NCBI RefSeq assembly: GCF_000619845.1
Contig: NZ_JHUX01000007.1
Location: 120,001-152,000, forward strand
Source of the DNA: Alkanindiges illinoisensis DSM 15370
Lineage (GTDB): Bacteria; Pseudomonadota; Gammaproteobacteria; Pseudomonadales; Moraxellaceae
Direction of reading: 5' to 3'
Length of the DNA: 32,000 nucleotides
The notes beneath the pieces are model-generated. The model was not told the DNA's origin. It ran no database searches and was given only the letters and a program-made list of their open reading frames with translations. Shown in pieces: positions 27,655 to 32,000 of this stretch. Positions within the stretch are counted from its first letter, which is position 1. Each line of letters starts with the position of its first letter. The position numbers and the translations under genes are program-made.

Positions 27655-29085
27655 ATGAGCCTTAAAAAACAAGCAATTTCTGGCGTGAAGTGGAACTTCA
27701 TTCAGCAATTTAGCGTCCAAATTATTAATTTTGGCGTACAAGTGATATTGGCACGCTTATTGTCCCCTGAAGCCTTTGGCCTCATTGCGATGATTGTTGT
27801 GCTGATATCTATAGGGCAGTCTTTAATGGATAGTGGAATGACAAGCTCGCTGATTCGCACACAAAAACCGGATCAGGCAGATTATTCCACTGTTTTTGTG
27901 ACCAATCTGCTGATGAGTTGCATGATTTACATAATCATCTACGTTACTGCGCCCCTCATTGCTGGATTCTATAACCAAGAGATTTTAACGGACATTATCC
28001 GTTTATTAGCCCTGAGTTTTGTTATTAGAGCATTTGTTGCTGTCCACATTACAAAGCTCACCAAAGAGATGAATTTTAAACTGCAAATGAAATTGCAGAT
28101 ACCGTCGGTTCTTCTCTCAGGCATTGTAGGGGTTTCTATGGCTTATTTAGGCTACGGAGTATGGAGCTTGGTATGGTTGAATTTAACACAGGCTATCATT
28201 TTTGCCCTTCAAAACTGGATGCTTATCTCTTGGCGTCCGTCATTTATCTTTGACAGAGAAAAATTTATTTATCATTTCAAATTCGGTTATAAACTCACGA
28301 TTTCTAGTCTCATTGATACGATTTATAATGACGCTTACCGGATTGTGATAGGTAAGTTTTATTCTCCCACGCAGGTAGGTTTGTTCAATCAGGCGGAAAC
28401 CATGCGTCTTTTTCCTGTACAGCAAATAAGCATAGTGATGGGAAAGGTGACTTATCCTTATTTTGCCAATATCGATAATGATGCAGGACTGAGACGAGCC
28501 TACCGCAAATCTATGAAGTTGGTGATGTTCGCAACAATACCTATCATGTTGTCTCTCATTCTAGTAGCTGAAGAGGGCTTTAGATTTGTTTTTGGTGAGA
28601 AGTGGTTGCCCGCCGTACCTTTCTTCCAAGTCCTAGCGGTGGCTTCAATTGTCCGACCTGTTAGTGCCTATAATCTGAATATTCTAAAAGTAAAAGGTCG
28701 AAGTGATTTATTTTTATGGGTGGAGATACTTAAAAAAATAATTGGTATTTTATGCTTAATAGTTGGGCTAGGTTTTGGCCTCAATGGTCTGATTATCTCT
28801 CTTGTAGCCTTTTCCTATTCTTCCTATTTTATAAATATGTATTTCAGTGGAAAATTACTTGCCTATACAGTAGCTAATCAAATAAAGGATATATTTATTA
28901 TGCTTATTGTTGGTAGTTTAATGTTTACCGTCCTCTACTATTTTAAAGCTTTCTTAGCTACTTGGATATCATCGGATATAGGGGTAATCATCCTGATAGG
29001 TTCTTTAAATACTGCTTTGTTCATTAGTTTCTCACTGCTCTTAGATAAAGACCTTAGGGGCATCATTAAGGATTTAAGGAGCTAA
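27655..29085 (+). CDS. wzx: Oligosaccharide-unit flippase Wzx (MOP/PST family)
   Basis: This is a 476-aa polytopic membrane protein. The N-terminus GVKWNFIQQFSVQIINFGVQVILARLLSPEAFGLIA is typical of Wzx/PST flippases. Confidence 0.85.
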   Translation: MSLKKQAISGVKWNFIQQFSVQIINFGVQVILARLLSPEAFGLIAMIVVLISIGQSLMDSGMTSSLIRTQKPDQADYSTVFVTNLLMSCMIYIIIYVTAPLIAGFYNQEILTDIIRLLALSFVIRAFVAVHITKLTKEMNFKLQMKLQIPSVLLSGIVGVSMAYLGYGVWSLVWLNLTQAIIFALQNWMLISWRPSFIFDREKFIYHFKFGYKLTISSLIDTIYNDAYRIVIGKFYSPTQVGLFNQAETMRLFPVQQISIVMGKVTYPYFANIDNDAGLRRAYRKSMKLVMFATIPIMLSLILVAEEGFRFVFGEKWLPAVPFFQVLAVASIVRPVSAYNLNILKVKGRSDLFLWVEILKKIIGILCLIVGLGFGLNGLIISLVAFSYSSYFINMYFSGKLLAYTVANQIKDIFIMLIVGSLMFTVLYYFKAFLATWISSDIGVIILIGSLNTALFISFSLLLDKDLRGIIKDLRS

Positions 29086-29086
29086 T

Positions 29087-30193
29087 ATGTTCCAGTCGGA
29101 CATACTATTCACGGGCTTTTACGGCCATAAAAATACTGGCGATGATGCTTTTATAGAAGTGAGCCAATGGGGAGCCAAAACCTATTGGGGAGCGAACGGA
29201 GTTAGGTACTTGGCAAAAAAAGAGAATTTGCCTGAAACAAAGTCAGGTAGTGTTTACGGTTTTCCAGTGGCATTGCCTAAAACTTATAGACTTCAAGGCG
29301 AATTTCTCTTGAGAAATTCTTCCTGTTTGATATCGGCAGGAGGATCGACAATTCATAGTAAAATGGATCCTAAAAATATTAAACAAAAAGCCGTAGAGTT
29401 AAAAAAGCAAGGCTCAAAAATAAAGATTGGTGGTATAGGCGTTTCAATAGGCCCTTTTAAATCTAGTGACGATGAAAGAGCAGTTTATGAATATTTACAT
29501 TACCTAGATTTCTTGGCTGTACGTGATCAGGCTTCGTTTGATATCGTAAGTCAGCTAGATTTACCTTATCAGCCTGTAAATGCTTTCGATCTGGCAGCTT
29601 TAATGCCTAACATATATCCTGAAAGTAAAAAGGAAAAAAATAAAAAAATTATAGGGATAAGTGTTTGCCCTTATGAGAGCATTGTTGCGCCCACTCATAT
29701 AAATAATGAAATAAAGCGTAATGAAATGATGTGTGAACTCTTGAAACATTTAGATACTCAAGAGGATATCCATTTCAAATTTCTAATAATTAATGGAAAC
29801 GACCAAATAGGTGATGAGAGACTAACACTAGAAACTATCAGTAAAGTACAGCCTAAAAGCTTTGAAGTGGTTCCATACCAAAGAAAGACGCAGCGAATGT
29901 GGGAAGCTATACAGAGCTGTGATTTTGTTATAAGTACACGGCTGCACGCTGCTATTTTTGCCTGCTTTGCTGAAATACCATTCATGCTAAATGAATACCA
30001 TAGAAAATGTGGAGATTTTTTGGAGACTGTTGAGTATCAGCCCACCTATAGGCTATTTGACAGTGAATTTTGTGTTAAGAGTAAAGCAAAGCAAATTATA
30101 GAAATTATCTCTAAAAATGATTATTGTTCTCCTGGCAAAAGAGTAGAAGCTATCCAAAAAGCTGAGCTTAATTTCGCTGGGGTGAGTATCTGA
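29087..30193 (+). CDS. Polysaccharide pyruvyl transferase family protein
   Basis: The N-terminal motif GFYGHKNTGDDAF matches the PS_pyruv_trans G-x-x-N-x-GD signature. Later VRDQASF and STRLHAAIFA are present. AAGGAG sits 5 nt before the ATG, and the start is 1 nt after the wzx stop. Confidence 0.78.
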   Translation: MFQSDILFTGFYGHKNTGDDAFIEVSQWGAKTYWGANGVRYLAKKENLPETKSGSVYGFPVALPKTYRLQGEFLLRNSSCLISAGGSTIHSKMDPKNIKQKAVELKKQGSKIKIGGIGVSIGPFKSSDDERAVYEYLHYLDFLAVRDQASFDIVSQLDLPYQPVNAFDLAALMPNIYPESKKEKNKKIIGISVCPYESIVAPTHINNEIKRNEMMCELLKHLDTQEDIHFKFLIINGNDQIGDERLTLETISKVQPKSFEVVPYQRKTQRMWEAIQSCDFVISTRLHAAIFACFAEIPFMLNEYHRKCGDFLETVEYQPTYRLFDSEFCVKSKAKQIIEIISKNDYCSPGKRVEAIQKAELNFAGVSI

Positions 30194-30194
30194 T

Positions 30195-30998
30195 ATGTTC
30201 TCAGTGGTAATACCTTTATACAACAAAGAGTTAAGTATTGAAAATACGATAAATTCTGTATTGGAGCAAACTTACCAAGACTTTGAAATCATTGTAGTGG
30301 ATGATGGTTCCACTGATCAAAGTGCTCAGCTGATTGAAAGAATACAAGACCCTAGAATTCGTATCATTCACCAAGATAACCAAGGCGTTTCGGCGGCACG
30401 CAATAGAGGAATAAAAGAGGCTAAACAAGAATGGATAGCGTTCTTGGATGGTGATGATTTATGGGAAAATGGTCATCTTGAAGAAATATGTAAGATGATG
30501 AGCATGTTTCCAGATGAGAAAGTATTTGTAACCTCATTTGAATATTCTGACAAGAGGAAGACGTTTAAGCATCCACGAAATACTCCTATATTTAAGATAG
30601 AAAATTATTTTAAAGAGGCAATTCAAGAAAGCCTCATATGGACAAGCATAGCTGTTATATCCAGAGAATGCTTTAGCAAAGTGGGTTATTTCAATAATAA
30701 CTTAAATCGTGGAGAGGACTTAGACTTATGGGCGAGGCTGGCGAAGTATTACGCTATTATTAAATCTCAACGAGTAACAGCAATTTATAACCTTGAAGAT
30801 AGTAAATCTCTAACAAAAACCAAGTCTCACTACCACAAGTCCATATTATCGATTATCTCTCTAAGAGACAAAAGCGGATATGAGAGGTCATATTTTAAAA
30901 GAATGTTAATTAACCGCCTCAAGCTTGATTTAAAAACACTGGATATAGTGGGGTTTTTGAAAATTGTCATCAGACACAATGTTGAGTTGCTTAGGTAG
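30195..30998 (+). CDS. Family 2 glycosyltransferase
   Basis: FSVVIPLYNKELSIENTINSVLEQTYQDFEIIVVDDGSTD...FLDGDDLW shows the GT2 fold with DxD. The start is 1 nt after the preceding stop. Confidence 0.88.
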   Translation: MFSVVIPLYNKELSIENTINSVLEQTYQDFEIIVVDDGSTDQSAQLIERIQDPRIRIIHQDNQGVSAARNRGIKEAKQEWIAFLDGDDLWENGHLEEICKMMSMFPDEKVFVTSFEYSDKRKTFKHPRNTPIFKIENYFKEAIQESLIWTSIAVISRECFSKVGYFNNNLNRGEDLDLWARLAKYYAIIKSQRVTAIYNLEDSKSLTKTKSHYHKSILSIISLRDKSGYERSYFKRMLINRLKLDLKTLDIVGFLKIVIRHNVELLR

Positions 30999-31005
30999 AA
31001 ACATC

Positions 31006-32000
31006 ATGAAGATAGCCATTCACCATAGAGAAGGCAGCTTCTCTGATCGTTGGATCACTTACTGTGAAAAGCAGGGCATTAACTATAAAATAGTAAATGC
31101 ATTTGATAGCAATATAATTCAACAAGTCGGCGACTGCGATGCCTTTATGTGGCACCACCACCATGGTCAATTCAAAGATGTGCTCACTGCTAAGCACATA
31201 TTATTTGCCCTAGAGCATGCTGGGGTAAAGGTATTTCCAGACTTTAATACAGGTTGGCATTTTGACGATAAGGTAGCGCAAAAGTATCTTCTTGAGGCTA
31301 TTGGGGCGCCGTTAGTACCAAGCTATGTATTTTACGATAAGCAAGAAGCCATAGATTGGGTTAATAAAACTTCTTTTCCCAAAGTATTTAAGCTCAAAGG
31401 TGGTGCTGGCTCTGCTAATGTAAAATTGATAAAAACTAAACAAGAAGCTAGGAGTCTTATTGAGCAAGCCTTTGGAAAAGGATTTTCACAGTTTGATAGA
31501 CTAACCGCATTTAGAGAGAGACTGCGAAGATTTAAAGAAGGAAAAGCAAATTTTGTAGATTTATTGAAAGGATTCATGAGGCTATTTATAACTACAAAGT
31601 TTGCTAAGCAACAACCACCTGAAAAAGGATATGTATATTTTCAGGATTTCTCTCCTAATTTAGACTCGGATATTCGGATTCAAATGATTGGGGGCAGAAT
31701 TTTTGGACTAAAAAGATTTGTTCGTGATGGTGACTTTAGAGCATCAGGTAGTGGAAATTTTATTGAATTCAATCCTGAAAATATAGATATAAGAATATTA
31801 AAAATAGCTCAACGATTAAATGAAAAGATTCAGTCATCCTGTTTAACAATAGATTTCATTTATATAAATGAAATTCCACATATTGTTGAGTTAAGTTATG
31901 GGTTTCCAGTAAAATTTTATGATAATTGTCTGGGTTATTGGGATAACGAATTAAATTGGCAAGAGGGTAAGTTTGAGCCCCAAGAATGGATGCTAAATGA
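31006..32000 (+). CDS. ATP-grasp domain protein (partial, continues beyond window end)
   Basis: The open frame runs from ATG 31006 to the window edge, which is why the track does not list it. The pattern DKVAQKYLLEAIGAPLVPSYVF..EAIDWVNKTSFPKVFKLKGGAGSANVKLI...FQDF...DIRIQMIGGRIFGLKRF...IDFIYINEIPHIVELSYGF follows the ATP-grasp (RimK-like) layout. Confidence 0.65.
   Translation, partial: MKIAIHHREGSFSDRWITYCEKQGINYKIVNAFDSNIIQQVGDCDAFMWHHHHGQFKDVLTAKHILFALEHAGVKVFPDFNTGWHFDDKVAQKYLLEAIGAPLVPSYVFYDKQEAIDWVNKTSFPKVFKLKGGAGSANVKLIKTKQEARSLIEQAFGKGFSQFDRLTAFRERLRRFKEGKANFVDLLKGFMRLFITTKFAKQQPPEKGYVYFQDFSPNLDSDIRIQMIGGRIFGLKRFVRDGDFRASGSGNFIEFNPENIDIRILKIAQRLNEKIQSSCLTIDFIYINEIPHIVELSYGFPVKFYDNCLGYWDNELNWQEGKFEPQEWMLN

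Overview
This window looks like a gammaproteobacterial chromosome segment. The gene content is Moraxellaceae/Acinetobacter-like (DcaP-type porin, gna plus TviC-type capsule genes), but that assignment is inference only. It has three parts. (1) 1-9.7 kb holds housekeeping genes: prfB with its programmed +1 frameshift (the ORF track misses the first exon), an ArsR-family regulator with an OYE/NemA reductase, waaA, an SDR reductase, rsmE, an MscS-family channel and a coiled-coil DcaP-like porin. (2) 9.7-21 kb is a compact acetate-utilisation locus: acs, a LuxR-type response regulator, a 1170-aa hybrid kinase with a transporter-like SSF domain (CrbS/CrbR- or MxtR/ErdR-like), and yjcH-actP. This locus is interrupted by a highly structured GC-rich intergenic region with hairpin repeats and a perfect 15-bp inverted repeat. 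It also contains a roughly 0.86-kb strongly AT-rich islet, in which a small membrane-protein ORF is split by a 78-bp hairpin MITE-like element flanked by TA, and a 261-aa orphan protein. (3) 21.3-32 kb is the 5' part of a Wzx/Wzy-type capsule (K) locus: wza-wzb-wzc, gna, a TviC-like epimerase, wzx, a pyruvyltransferase, a GT2 glycosyltransferase and a partial ATP-grasp gene. Composition drops sharply at about 27.6 kb. I found no rRNA, tRNA, CRISPR array or transposase gene. All similarity statements come from motif recognition by eye; no searches were run.
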